A DNA stretch of 62,107 nucleotides, counting the filler. It is 22 parts of 22 records of this genome, joined end to end, with 100 filler letters (N's around TTAATTAATTAA, not from the genome) between each part and the next. Parts side by side here need not be neighbours in the genome. Positions count along the whole stretch, not along the records: positions 21,212 to 24,007 come from SRR16133337_41758; positions 24,108 to 26,246 come from SRR16133337_42111; positions 26,347 to 28,461 come from SRR16133337_42121; positions 28,562 to 30,587 come from SRR16133337_42186; positions 30,688 to 33,048 come from SRR16133337_42200; positions 33,149 to 36,434 come from SRR16133337_42216; 16 more parts are not named here. One strand, 5' to 3'. Positions within the stretch are counted from its first letter, which is position 1. Every line of letters starts with the position of its first letter. The notes beneath the pieces were generated by a model, which was not told the DNA's origin, made no database searches, and was given only the letters and a program-made list of their open reading frames with translations. The translations under genes and the position numbers were made by a program. This document shows positions 21,112 to 34,455 of the stretch, one piece after another.

Positions 21112-23253
21112 NNNNNNNNNNNNNNNNNNNNNNNNNNNNNNNNNNNNNNNNNNNNTTAATTAATTAANNNNNNNNNNNNNNNNNNNNNNNNNNNNNNNNN
21201 NNNNNNNNNNNCTTGAGTTTTTATTTCTTCGACTTGTGCACTTTTTTTCTTTTTTGGAATTTCTGGAGGCTTTTCTGGTTCTTTGTACGGGATGCTTCCA
21301 ATAGCAAGTGTTTGTCCAGGACCTGCTGACCCCCAGAAGTCATCCCATTTGAGCTGCTCAGATTTCTCAAATTCTTTAATTGCACGATTTGTTGCCTTGA
21401 GGCTCTCAATTGTAATAGGAAAACGTTTTCCGCCAAGGCGCGAAGGTCCTAAAAATAACATATATGACGTTTTATTTCCCAGAAGAGCAATTGTGCAAAA
21501 TATAAAGGGAGCTTCGCATTAAGGCTCACAGTTCATCCGTGCGGTCAGAAACACATATACACCGCCACCTGAAGACTTTTTTTGGTGATTTTCAAAAAAA
21601 AAAGTTGAGAGTTTTCAAAAAAAATGACAATTTTCTTATATGTGAGAAGGGTGACGAGTTGAGTGGTTCTTTTAATGCGTTAGGTCGTGTGTCTTTCGTG
21701 ATGTGATTGTCCTGCAAAGTTTGAGATCTTGAGGCATAATTCTTTACATGAAGAAAGAAAAATTATCTGAAAGACGAACAAATTATTCATTGACTGCATG
21801 AATGTAAAAAATGTGAAAACCTAACGTTTTTGAAACCGCATGCGTATCATTCAAAATATATCAGTATATTATAACAGTGCCCACATCCGTCCGTTCTTTC
21901 GTTTGTATACTAACACTCAAACATATCGTTGAACTGAAAGTTAGTGGACCTGCGGGCAACCGTGTCACCACCAACTATTCCGGGGTCTAGCGTGCCTTAT
22001 TGGAAGGGGATGTTGGCACCTCTCAACAGTGTATAGCGGGTCAAGCAGGGACAGTAGGTTGGCTCCCCTTTCATGATGGTTTTAGTGGCGGTGGTCAAAT
22101 ATAGATGTAAACCTCTGGAGACCTGATAATAACAATTAAAACACGGCTATCCCACTTAGTGGAAGTTCAAATTTCATGAATACACCTGGAGAAGACAATA
22201 AAAAACACCCAAATACACGCATGATTTTCAGGCATTGATAAAGTACGAGCGATGGATACACACCTGTACATTTCTGCAATGCAACAACGCGAGATTTTGT
22301 CAAGACATTTTGATCATTTTTCTCAATCCTTCGAATAAGTTTGCTGTAAGAACGATAAACAGTCAGTGGAACCTGAGCCAGAATAACAGTAAAGAAAAAT
22401 TACGTACATGGGTGTTCATAAACAAATACATACCCACTCACGTCGATCGATATCCACAGTCCAAAAGCTACCTATCTTCGGAAATGTGCTACGGAAATTA
22501 TAACCCACCTTCCTCACCCAGCTCTGATCTCACATTCCGCCCACATCCCCACCACACACTCCACCACATACCACTACACACACCACACACCTCCACACTG
22601 GTTGCCATTACAAAAATTTTCCTTTTTTGAACGATAAGATACGTTTATCGATGTATGCGGAGTAGCAACTGTTTGTCCGTCTTTTAGTGTTTTTGGGTAA
22701 AGTTTTTCGCGTTTTCAGACTGTTTGAAATGAACATCAACCATCTCATTTTTGGTGAGTTGGAAGGAGTTATATCTGAAATGTCACACAACTTACTTACA
22801 TTGAGTCGGAAATCAGAAAATGAATTCAAGGAAGAAAATTCGTGTGAAATCCCAAAAATTGTGTCTTTGTTGTGGAGAACAATCTTTTCGAACAGCCCAG
22901 GCTGAACATTTTCTTGTGCTTGCTTTTCCTGAGAAAACAGACAAACCAAAAAAAATAGTGAAATTGAAATTAAAAACCAAGCTTGAAAGCTATTTTTTGC
23001 ACCTTGAACAGGAAAGAGTCCCATTTGCCCGTACTTGGTATGCACATTTTTATGCTTTCTTTTGTCGACATATGTTCACACATTTTTAATATTTGGTCCC
23101 ACACCGTCTGTTAATTTCTCTTTGACGTTGTTTTGTAACGCGAGTTGACTAAAATTTTTCACACAGTCAAGAAATAATGAAAGTTGCTTAGAAGACACAA
23201 AATTTGCATTCACAACGCAATTTTACTAGAAACAAACAACAAACTACTGAATT

Positions 23254-23607
23254 TCATGCCATTTTCCGATACAAATGAAGGTACATGGCACCAGACCAAT
23301 TTGAGCAGTAGGCTTTGCCTTCTGAAAAATTCATGTCCAATCGCTGAAAACAGTCTTGGTCAACGCTTCTCCACCAATTGCCACATTTGTATTCCTCCTG
23401 GAGCGCTTCTAAATATGTGCTCACATTTTGATATGAACAAAGACGAGATCCGGGTTTCATTCTAAGTAGGAGTTTTGCTACGTCAGCGTGTTTATCTTTC
23501 AGAAAATTTGTTTCCAAAATGACAATATCGGCTTCGTCAATACGCGAGCAGTTGAAAAGGTCTCCACAAACCATTGTTGCTGTGACCGAATTGCTGAACA
23601 CAAACAT
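23254..23607 (-). CDS. Exon encoding the C-terminal part of a class I SAM-dependent methyltransferase-like domain
   Basis: MVCGDLF...IDEADIVILETN...LLLRMKPGSRLCSY resembles the later Rossmann MTase motifs. Confidence 0.45.
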   Translation of the reverse strand: MFVFSNSVTATMVCGDLFNCSRIDEADIVILETNFLKDKHADVAKLLLRMKPGSRLCSYQNVSTYLEALQEEYKCGNWWRSVDQDCFQRLDMNFSEGKAYCSNWSGAMYLHLYRKMA

Positions 23608-26600
23608 AAACTTTCAAATTGACTGCACAAGAAATTTCCAATTGTAGGGCATATCAATGAATGACACCCTCCACAACCGTAACACCCCAAACTCCTCCCC
23701 TTCAAGCGTCTAAATTCCTAAATTCAAAGGCGGAAGGAGATGAGTGGTTATTTCGTGAATTTTACAATTTCCCAAGTTTTAGTTTTCCGAAGGAGTTGGG
23801 GTTGATTATACGAAACTTTTTACCACAAAAAATATCAAAAGTGAAACGAATTGCACTAATTTCACTCGCCCTGTTATGGCAAGTGATGAGACATATTATG
23901 GTGTCCGCAAATTACACGGTAAACATGAGAAATAAGATGAATTTTATCAAAAAGGGAAACAATGGCGTGTTTTTAGGAAAAATGAAAAATGATGAAAAAC
24001 ATGATGANNNNNNNNNNNNNNNNNNNNNNNNNNNNNNNNNNNNNNNNNNNNTTAATTAATTAANNNNNNNNNNNNNNNNNNNNNNNNNNNNNNNNNNNNN
24101 NNNNNNNCATGTGTTCACAATACAAATAAAAACGAAAACGACATTAGATATTATATTTTTTGAAGTATACATTGTTCGAAATAATATGCGAACGGATGTA
24201 AAAACTTCTTTTTCTCAGCAAAAATGGGAAACTTTTAATTTTAATGTTTAATTTAACATGTTAAAAATATATAATTTTTGCACATTATAAGATACATAAA
24301 AACTGAAATTGTGGAGAAAAGTATTGGAAATATTTTCAAAACTATAATAGGTTCTACCACCCACACCCCAAGCACACACCCAGACGTGCATATTACCAAT
24401 GTATTTTCAGTTCCGACCTTATGAAACAAAATATGTGTACAGTTTTTACCTGTCAGCACAGATGCGCTCCTTCAAAACGGTTATGTACTATATGATTTCA
24501 AATCGAAGATACTATCCTCTTAACAAAGTCAGGAGTCGACATATTACGTTGTACAATATCGTAGTAATAATGTCGTGTGGATAATATGAAACGAGAGGGT
24601 AAACAAAAAGTAAACAATGAGTAATGATGAGTGAGAATTGAGGGAATGTTGACAGAAGATGTCCTGTGTGGAGATGATTACCGACGCCAGGATGGTTTGT
24701 TTCTAAACAATCACCAAAACAGACTATTCAAATTACTGAATATATTCTATTCCACGCTGAAAAACAACACTTTTTTAAAAAAATGAATAAATGTAATTTT
24801 TTCTTGCGCAGGACGAAATACAACATTGCAAATGCGATAATTATATATTCCTGCGACTCAATGCTTTCGATTTGATAAGTTTTCAAAACGTCAAACATAA
24901 TAATGGATAAAAACAAAACACGGACCACCATTATGAATTGAGATGTGACCTCTTTTCTTAGCTCGAGGTGTTAAAATTGTGAATGTTTGTTTTCAAATTT
25001 GCTCCATGGACAACAAGAACTTCACCTTGTGTGGGAAGTGAAGCATGTTGTCACTTCTTTTGTTCGTACAACAAGCCGTGAGACTCTTACAGGACGATTT
25101 TTTTAAAAGTGTGTTTCTACATTTTTTTAAAAAAGTGAATGCGACTCGGAATTCGGAAAATCAAACCTACGTTTCAAAGGTAGGAGCTAATTTTAATAAA
25201 TAACAAACAAAATTGTAGTAAAAAATATTCCTTCCCTCCAACTGTGCCACATAGTCATAACAAAAAATTGTATTGAACATACATGTTATTGTTTTTCGTT
25301 ATTTTTTTAAAGTGCACTGAGAGTTGTTTCTTTTAAAAAAACATCCCATAACTTTGTACTTGTTGGATGTTTGTGTACAGTACAAGTAATTATATAAGAA
25401 CCCCCCGTGGTACTCAAAAAATATAGGAATATTAATAATCACAATGTATTTGCAGGTAAACATGAAATGGATATATATGTATAATATATTTTCGCCCTGC
25501 AAGGTTGTGGAATGTAATTAATTTATATTGTCTCTACAGTACTTTTATATCGGCCATTATGATTTTTGATGTAGGGTGGTGTAGAAGTGGTAAGCGTTGG
25601 AACAAATGACGAAATTGGATGGAGCACATTCAAAACTAACTTGCGAATGCGTTTTGTTAAGTATTTGTACATATATAAATTATTCGGCAAATCAAATAAA
25701 CTAAAAATGAGAATACTGAAGCGCCAAAACGCTACTAAATTGTCTTTGTACTGCCAAAATCTCTCTCTCCGATATCTTAAATGAAAAATTATTTGTCTTC
25801 AATCTTTTTCTATTAATTTATTTATACTCAAGCTTACAAAAACAAGAGAACAATTATTTTATGAAGAATTCGACATTGTACTTGCTTCGCAACGGCAAGC
25901 AAACACCGGTTGACTCAAAAATTCTTTTATGTTGGAATTCTGATTAAAAGTTCACTTTTCATATGTATAATACAGAAACGGTAAGTTTTATTGCGTTTGG
26001 ATTTTGTTGAATAAATTTGTTGCTTCCATATAATCAAATAATGGTATGCAGGATAATGGTAAATCGATGGACGAGACAGATAAGATATTATGTATTTCCT
26101 GCACAAGTGCAATTTTCATTTCAAATAATGAATTGAACAAACTAACAATTCTTGATATAAGTGACGAATGTGTATCCAGACAAATATTTTTCAATAAAGA
26201 CAAACATTTGAAAAATTTCGTTTGGGGGATATGCATTTTCATTGAGNNNNNNNNNNNNNNNNNNNNNNNNNNNNNNNNNNNNNNNNNNNNTTAATTAATT
26301 AANNNNNNNNNNNNNNNNNNNNNNNNNNNNNNNNNNNNNNNNNNNNACACAAATATTTCACTTTTCAGCCCATACGAGTGAACCGAAAATCCATAATTGG
26401 TGTGAAATCAGTGACAAAAGATTCTTCATCTTCGAATGTCAAATTTTCAAAATTCAATTTCAGGAGAGGGGTTTATTGCATTGGTATGTTGAAAATGCAC
26501 CCTTGTGAATTTCATAAAAAACTGAAACATAAAAAGTGTCGCTAGCTATTTTCGCACAAGCAGTTGAGAAAAATGATTAAAAAAATTGTGAATTTCTTAA

Positions 26601-26804
26601 ATTTTGTGCGATTTTTTGAAAGAAATGTACTAAAAGTGATGATTTTTAAATGTAGTTCTGTTTGGCACAAAAAACTTTGACGCTTGGGAGTGGGATGTGC
26701 TGTCCTTTGGTGAATGTTTCAAATTTTAAAAAATACAAACAAATTGAGATCAAAGTGCTAAAAACAACAAAAACAAAACTTTTAGAACAAATATATTTGC
26801 CTTT

Positions 26805-26994
26805 TTAATGATGAGTAATATTTATTCCAATATCTCCCATCTCCATAACACTTGTTATGAAAGATTTTGAATTGAGCACAGTGGGGCCACCCAAAATAAT
26901 TCTTGTGTGCGGATTTTTAGCATTAAGGTTTGATATACATGTTGCTTCTTCATATGTCGTTCCTCCAACAATGTACACGAAAATTATTCGCGGT
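26805..26994 (-). CDS. VPS45: Terminal exon of a Sec1/Munc18 family protein, VPS45-like
   Basis: RPRIIFVYIVGGTTYEEA...IILGGPTVLNSKSFI matches the VPS45 C-terminus. AG acceptor present, with a phase-compatible upstream exon near 27780-27873. Confidence 0.75.
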
Positions 26995-29900
26995 CTACAC
27001 AATCATAAGAAAAAAAACAACATTACAAAATTTGCGAACACGAAAAACTTTCCCAATCTATGCTCCAGTTTAAAAGTGTGTGAAAAAGCTAATAATCACT
27101 GCCAAGTACGTTATTTTAAATGCTATAAATAGATGACAACAGAGAAAATTTATTTGGAATTAGCGATAAAATTAACACGTTCAAGAGCGCTACGCATTTG
27201 AAAAACAATCACATGTGATCATATCAAAACAACATATTCACATTTTGTATGGTTTTTAATACAAACATGAAAAAATCAAAAAGCGTACCAGGTTGGAAAA
27301 TTTGTTTGCAAAACATTTCTAGGCTTGAATACTCAAATATTACTGACAATACTACATTTTCTTAGCAACAAAAAAAACACAAGAATATTTTGATCCACTT
27401 GTGGATACTACAAAATCTAGAAATTCCAAATACAGTCCAACAATATTCCGAAATATGTGAAAACAATCTAATTTTTTAAGAAATGTTTATGGCGCCGTAT
27501 AACATTTTACCACTCAACGCAATTAATCGTTCAATAGCATATCAAAAAGTGGATTTTTGTTTCCCTTGTTTCAAACCTTTAATCAAATTTCATGGAAAAA
27601 TGCTTTATTGTTTGTTTGTTTTTTTCAAAAAAAGTTAAAGTCATACTTATTCACAAATCAAATTTCCAATATGTCACTAAATGTAAAACGAACTAAAGGT
27701 CACTTTCGAGATTACATTTCCACGGAAAAGAAATAAGTTTCAACTACACTGCAAGGTAAAAAAAAAGCACATAACGCACCTAGCTTGAAGTTTTGACCCA
27801 TCACGACTTGTTATTCGCTGCATTTCCAGCTCAGAAATTTTGAACAGATGGGAGTTACTTGCTCTACCCAAAAGAGCGCAAAATTTTAGTACTCATCCAC
27901 AAAATAACGGGGGAAAAATAATGTAGTACTACTATATACTGTACAAAATTACTCATCCACAATTAATAGGTTATACAACACAAATAATAGCTCGACATTT
28001 TTTTGTTACTTTCTATATTTTCCCCTTAATAAAAACAAACTGCATCAAATATTAACTTCTTATTTGTTTTTTGGTCTCTAATATTTTTTATTACTTTGAA
28101 CGACATCAGTCAAAATTAATTATCGCCTTTGTTTTTGCGAAAAGAGAAAAAAATACATTGATTTCGATGATAATTTGTTTTTGCGGCATGAGTATACCCA
28201 AAACGGCGAACCCAATTAACTGGATCGACAAACCCACTAAAGACCCAAATTACTATCAGCCAAGCAACGGCAATTGTAAGAACGACCATAAGCCGAGCAA
28301 AATAATTATATGTACTTTCCTAACTTCTGCACCGCAGTAACCTGCGACAGACACCAGGATTACTAAATTTGAATTTCGAGTTCAGTCTGGAATTCATTTT
28401 TCAGGTGTTTTCGCTGTCCAACATTACTACTGAAGCAACGCGTACGTTTTATGCGCGTTTGNNNNNNNNNNNNNNNNNNNNNNNNNNNNNNNNNNNNNNN
28501 NNNNNTTAATTAATTAANNNNNNNNNNNNNNNNNNNNNNNNNNNNNNNNNNNNNNNNNNNNAAATGAAAATTTAAAATTTTTACAAATGATAAACTTCTT
28601 TTGGGGATTCAAGAAATTAGGTTGTTCGAAGAATGTTGACGTTCTCGCTTTTGGTATTTTTTGCATGTCTATCACTCTTTAAGATTGAATATATTACCAA
28701 ATCATATTTTTGAGAATTGAACATGGTTGTACAGTTTTTCTGTTTCTCTACAATTCCCATGATCTTTTCTGGTAAACAAATTTTTATTTTTTGGATATGA
28801 TTCAAAGTAAAGTTACTTCTCGAGCAAAACTCTGCAAATCAATTGTTTAAATTTCTTGTGATACAGTAATTGTTAATTTAAACACAATGTATTTCATAAA
28901 ATCATTACGGGTCAATATCGAAACTATCCCACAATGTAGTGCGGATAAGTAAACGAATAACACGCAATTCGCTTCAATAATTAAAAACATACGGCCCTTC
29001 AGAAATATGTGTTCTGTCATGGGACTAAGGGCATTTTATTTTCAGAATAGGGTATATTCAAATATTTGTTCAAATATACGTTGTGTAAAATTGTCAAAAT
29101 CCACATCTACATGGGAAATATTTCGGTGTGTCGCTGGAAGCGAGACGCTATGAGGAGTATATATATCGTCGTTATGTCCTTGCAAAACTCCCCTACAAAA
29201 GAGCTTGTTTTAAAATAACATGATCAGTTGCTGTGGGCACTGTCTCCCTTTTTTAACGGCCAAACATGTCAAGCAAAAAAGTATCTTGGTTTTGAACAAA
29301 AAGAAGCCGTGAGTCAATTTAGAATATTAAGTTGTTTTTTTAGGAAAAATCGTGTGTTGTTCAAATAGTTTATGAAGTACACCACCCTGTACGACCATAA
29401 CGCCTATTTTCAAATGAAAACATCGATTTGTTGAATTTTCCGGCAGAAATAACGAGGAGATGCAAAAACAGATGATACTACTGTACCATTTTGTTTATAT
29501 AAAATTGTATTTTTCTCGAAAGACAAGGCACATGGCTTGTCAACAACAACGTGTGTTCCAATTGGTGATAATGTTTGTAAGCAACACATCGGGGTTGGGA
29601 AATGATTTATATTGAGAAACCAATAATTGTGGTTAACTTACATCTCCTTCATCAAGAGCACCTTCCAGCAGCTGTTTTCCAGGAGTTTGGTGAACAGTCA
29701 ATGCTTTTTTTAACACGGTTATTCTCTTGCTAAAAGTGCTGTGCGCTCAGTCTTTGGGCCTCCATTGCTGTACAAACTCAATCCTGCGAGAGTGTTATTG
29801 TTGTTGCTTGATTTACACCCACTTGTGAGAGACTCCATTGTGAGAGAATGAAACACTGACAGTTAACAGAAAGGTGCGAAACTTCGGCGTTCTAAAAGGT

Positions 29901-30487
29901 TTCTATTTCGTACTCAAGCAGTAGCCCAAGAAATTTCGTTTAAATGTGTTTGACACTGTACTTCAGTTTGTATTCTTGAGTTATATGACTTAACTTTTAT
30001 AATCTAAGAAAGAGTCAAATTGTAATGTCATATTCTTGAAGTCAGTTGTCACCGCGAAGGCTAGGTGGAGGCAGACAGCCCAGAGAAGCGGCGCGAGGCA
30101 GTCGTAACACAATCAGTTTGTCCTAATAATTGGGGTGTGCTTTTCATGAACAAAAGCAATATCGTTTGTACAATATAATTCTTGTCAACTTCGTGATTTG
30201 GGAATGTAGCTTTCCAACACCATGGTTTGCAGAAGCAAAACGGAAGGCAGTGAATAGAACATTTGCTCAAGCGAGAAATAAAAGTTTCGAGTTTTGATGA
30301 CTAAAAATATCACCGCCAGGCTAATATAATTATTTCACTTATTGTTTAGAATTAAAGGACAAGATTTGTAGTTTTGGTATATAAGTTGGTCACTGCATAT
30401 TTATGGCCAAGCATAAGTGATACTTAGCCATTATGCCTGCTCTTGCTACGACCTTGCGTCTTTGTGCGCGGTGACGAGGTGATACTG

Positions 30488-30587
30488 TACAGTAAACTCG
30501 CACCTATAAGAAACAAATCTATAAGAAACCAATCTATAAGAAACAGTCGTGTCTTTTTTTAAACATTTGGCCATAAGAAACAGACGT
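30488..30587 (+). mobile_element. Possible pogo/Tigger-like transposon end with subterminal 15-bp repeats
   Basis: TA-CAGTAAACTCG followed by ctataagaaac at 30504, 30519 and 30534 plus a partial copy at 30572; the other end is not in the contig. Confidence 0.4.
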
Positions 30588-33451
30588 NNNNNNNNNNNNN
30601 NNNNNNNNNNNNNNNNNNNNNNNNNNNNNNNTTAATTAATTAANNNNNNNNNNNNNNNNNNNNNNNNNNNNNNNNNNNNNNNNNNNNTGGGGGGTTCTTG
30701 CAATGAAATTCCCTGTATATTTTATCGGTCGTCAAGTCACGGAAAACAATTTTGTCAGCGTGCATAAATTTGTACATTTCGGATTTGATCAATGTGCAGG
30801 GAAGAAATTATAAGAAATATCTCTTTTTGTCAAAACTGACTGACTCTTGTGCACGATTTCTCAGGTAATCACAGATCTACGTTTGTTCAATTTCTGCAAA
30901 AAAAGAGAAAAAATATTTTGGTCATTTCGTATTTTACAAAATGAAATAGAGTCCTTCTGGCCATGTGATATTTGAGTGCTGTAGATATACACCATTTGGT
31001 TCCTTCCACTCAGCAAATCGTATCATTTGGGTAAAAATGAGTGAAATTCATTACGTCCACCTCGAACCATGGAAAACATTGCACGAGCTGGCGAAGCCCC
31101 AACGCACCACCCACGAACACAACACACTCCCCACAATGCCCCGTACACCATTTCCACAATCTGAAATCGCATTACAATACCAGGATGGTTATGGAAAACG
31201 TACCTATACGTCTGAGATTGACAGCGTTTCCACGCTGAGATGAAGCAGTTGCAGTCTGAATTCTCGAAGCATCAAATGAGTGTAAATATGATGTGATGTT
31301 AAAGTCGATTCTTCCAGGGAAGATCTAACACCAAAAAAATAAAACAATCATTCATATAAAAATTATACATACACAAAATTTCGTTATGAGTATCACTTCC
31401 CACCCACCCACACACACCACCCCTTTTCCACACCCCCACCAACACCATGAGAGAACAGAGTGGTTGTGGCTTTTAGTGTTTTGCAAAATTTTTCCTAAGA
31501 ACCACGTCACATAATTTTATTTTTTTGTAAAGCTCCACCCTAAAATGAAGTGTAATTTGTGTTAGGAAAAACGCGAAAGGTATAGAAATCCCACTGAGAC
31601 GTACTCGCCATTTAAAAATAATCGTATACAATATTCTGTTCCTAAAAAGTTTGCAACGTCTTAAGTTTTCTCAATTTCTGACATTTCCTCCCAATTTGTG
31701 GCATTCGTTTTTGTACATTGCAGGATGTAATTCATTGTTTATTTGTGAAAACACTGAGACCCACTACAACACGCGACGCCCACCCACACGTTTTGCCAAA
31801 AAATGCCTTTAAGAGAGTGGCGGGGGTGTGTGCGGGTTGTTGTGGTGGTTTGCAATGAATTTCCCTGTGAGAACATAGTTTATTCTCTTGGCTGGCTGAC
31901 TGCGGTCATGATCTAGACTTCACAAAATATGTAAAGTTTTCTAGGACTGGTGTGTATTAAAAGTCATACTATGGTTAGGACGAAGGTATGACACGACACA
32001 CCCTTAAATATACCCCTGGCTGATTCCGAAAATCAGAGGGTGTGTGGTTCTTAAAAGGGTGCGTGTGTGGGCTGTGGTCCTTACAACAAACTATTGTACT
32101 GTGAAAAATATGGCACACCAAAAACCATTTTATGTCTAATATGGGAATTGTGGAGAGAGCAGTACGGGAGCAGTGGGGATGTTCTTACAAAATTCCTTTT
32201 AGGTAAGATAGCGAGCTCACACATCCAAAAGTGTATATCCAAAAGCTGGGAGATGTTTGAGCTGAGTTACCTTGATTTGGCGCACATCCATGTGAAAATC
32301 ATCAGATATTATTTGTTGAATGTTTTCATAATCGTTTGAAACTGGAACCAAAAACGGGAATTCATACATCTCTCCTCCAAGCATATCAAACACAAGAGTT
32401 CCCTAAAATCAAAAACACGCGCGTGCACTGGACAAGATCACAAAAATAAAACATGCCCGAGTTGTTTTACACACGTGTAGAAAGCACTTTACATATGTGC
32501 AAAAAGGGCTTTGTGTCCAAAAGTGTGTATTTTACACTCAAAATGTGTATTTTAACTGTATTTTGAACATTCCAAGTGTGTGCGCACGTGTGTCTTACAT
32601 GTAGGTTTTGCACTTACATTGCGTATTTGTGCACTTTTTTACACTTTCAAATCGCTTTTTGTACTTTTTATATTTCCAAAATACCTTGAGCCCTTAGTCT
32701 GTTCTTTCATCCAGAACAACACTTTTTACATATTAACCCAAAAAATACTGTTTAGTAAATAATTTTTCGGAATTCGCAAACAATGTTTATTGACTACTTG
32801 GTTCCATAACGCAAACATTAAAAAAAAACAAGTTTAAATGAAAATGGCATCGGTGATACTGCAGGAATAAATATTTTAACGTCATCGCTGTATCCGAGGC
32901 AATTTACCTGCAATTAAACAGGAACTGTTTCGTGGTGCTATGCGCCGAATTGTGTAATTTTTTACAATACAAAAATTCCAAAGGGTTTTGAGAGAGCTTT
33001 GCAATTTAAGTAATTTTATTTGTGGCGTTACTTACGTGATATCCATCTNNNNNNNNNNNNNNNNNNNNNNNNNNNNNNNNNNNNNNNNNNNNTTAATTAA
33101 TTAANNNNNNNNNNNNNNNNNNNNNNNNNNNNNNNNNNNNNNNNNNNNACACTTGTTATATGTAGAACTTCAATTAATCCTTTTTTTTAATGTTTCAATA
33201 TCTTTTGTCTTGAAACAAAAGAAACAAAAATTCAAGGCTGCATATAATTTTGGAAACAATTAACGGTTCATTCGCTATATTTTAGAATGATTTCTATGTG
33301 TCAAGTTTGTTAGGAATAAGTTGTACAATTTGAGATCTTATAAAAGTTGGAACTAGGCCTCTAAAATATTACGTTCTTTTCACCTATTATTTGGCCAAAC
33401 TTCTCTGAGGCCGTTTTAACATTCTGCTTCTATTTAACATAATGTAATAGA

Positions 33452-33868
33452 CTACTGTTTTAGCTTATCAATCATATTTTCTAAGGAATATTTTGATAAT
33501 TCTGGAATTGTATTTGTTGCAATTTTAATCTCCCAATTGGATAAACTAGGCATTAAATTCACTTCATTTTCTTTAAATATATTACTATCTGAGAGTGATA
33601 ATTCATTTGAAGGAATTAAATACACAACCCTTGGTTGTTTCTCTACAATCAAAACTAAAGCGATAAACAGGTTATCTTTTAGTTCTCCTAAATCTTGTTT
33701 AGATATTTTAATACTCCGCTGTAATGTATCTAAATCTATGAATTGTAGGTGTATTTCCTTAGTTCCAATTAAAAAATCAACTTCTTCCCTCCCATTTACT
33801 TTTGTAGATAACTCTAAATCAAAGTTTTTGAGTTCTGATTTTATGAATTGTATAACAAAAGAAAACAT
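33452..33868 (-). CDS. Restriction-endonuclease-fold (DUF4365-like) protein with an apparently degenerate active site
   Basis: EVDFLI..KEIHLQ...LFIALVLI...VYLIPS...W.I pattern; translationally coupled (TAATG) to the XRE gene. Confidence 0.45.
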   Translation of the reverse strand: MFSFVIQFIKSELKNFDLELSTKVNGREEVDFLIGTKEIHLQFIDLDTLQRSIKISKQDLGELKDNLFIALVLIVEKQPRVVYLIPSNELSLSDSNIFKENEVNLMPSLSNWEIKIATNTIPELSKYSLENMIDKLKQ

Positions 33869-34089
33869 TAGTGATCTGTTTTTAATTTAAGGTCTTTGCA
33901 AACAACATTTAAAACCTCACAAGGATTTACGTCTATTGCCAATGCGATTAAATACATTTCATCAGCTCGCAACTTCGTTTTTACATTATTTGATAATTCA
34001 CTAAGTCTCGTTTTACTGATTCCAGTTTTCCTAGAAACATCAGAACGATTCACAGATTTTCTTGAAAGATACAGTCCTAATTCTGTCAT
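33868..34089 (-). CDS. Small XRE/Cro-type HTH regulator
   Basis: LGLYL...SVNRSDVSRKTGISKTRLSELS...LRADEMYLIALAI, a common Bacteroidota HTH pattern. Confidence 0.85.
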   Translation of the reverse strand: MTELGLYLSRKSVNRSDVSRKTGISKTRLSELSNNVKTKLRADEMYLIALAIDVNPCEVLNVVCKDLKLKTDH

Positions 34090-34123
34090 ATTTATATGAT
34101 TTTAAGAACATAAAGATACTTAT

Positions 34124-34203
34124 TCGGATATTTTTTTCCGATTTTCTAAATAAATTTATTTGTTTTTATCCGAAAAACTGTATCTTTGTTCTGATAGTCG
34201 GAA
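34124..34203. promoter_or_regulatory. Divergent control region with -7 box TATCTTTG (34181-34188) and repeated TCCGA/TCGGA half-sites
   Basis: TCGGA-N8-TCCGA (34124-34141), TCCGA near 34169, TTCTGA-TAG-TCGGAA (34189-34203). Confidence 0.45.
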
Positions 34204-34228
34204 ATATTTATCTTAAAAACGAAATGTT

Positions 34229-34432
34229 ATGGCAGGCACACGGTATACAAAAGCAGAATTAGAAAGAGTTGTTTATATGCAATTAGACAATTTAAATGCA
34301 ATTCATGACCTCCTACGGGTTATGAAACTTCAAAAGGAACTCATAGAAAACGCAAATAAGAAACTAAAAGATGAAGTTTTAGATTTTAAAAAACGTGTGG
34401 TTTATGAGAAAAGGAAAATTGAGAAGAAGTAA
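34229..34432 (+). CDS. Small coiled-coil hypothetical protein
   Basis: 67-aa ORF downstream of a -7 box, divergent from the XRE gene, with helical heptad character. Confidence 0.6.
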   Translation: MAGTRYTKAELERVVYMQLDNLNAIHDLLRVMKLQKELIENANKKLKDEVLDFKKRVVYEKRKIEKK

Positions 34433-34455
34433 TTTAATTAATCTATTATAAAATC

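Noticed and set aside
28562-29700. Decayed CxC/KDZ-like transposase
   Set aside because: Multiple stops and frameshifts, and the motifs are too weak to support by eye.
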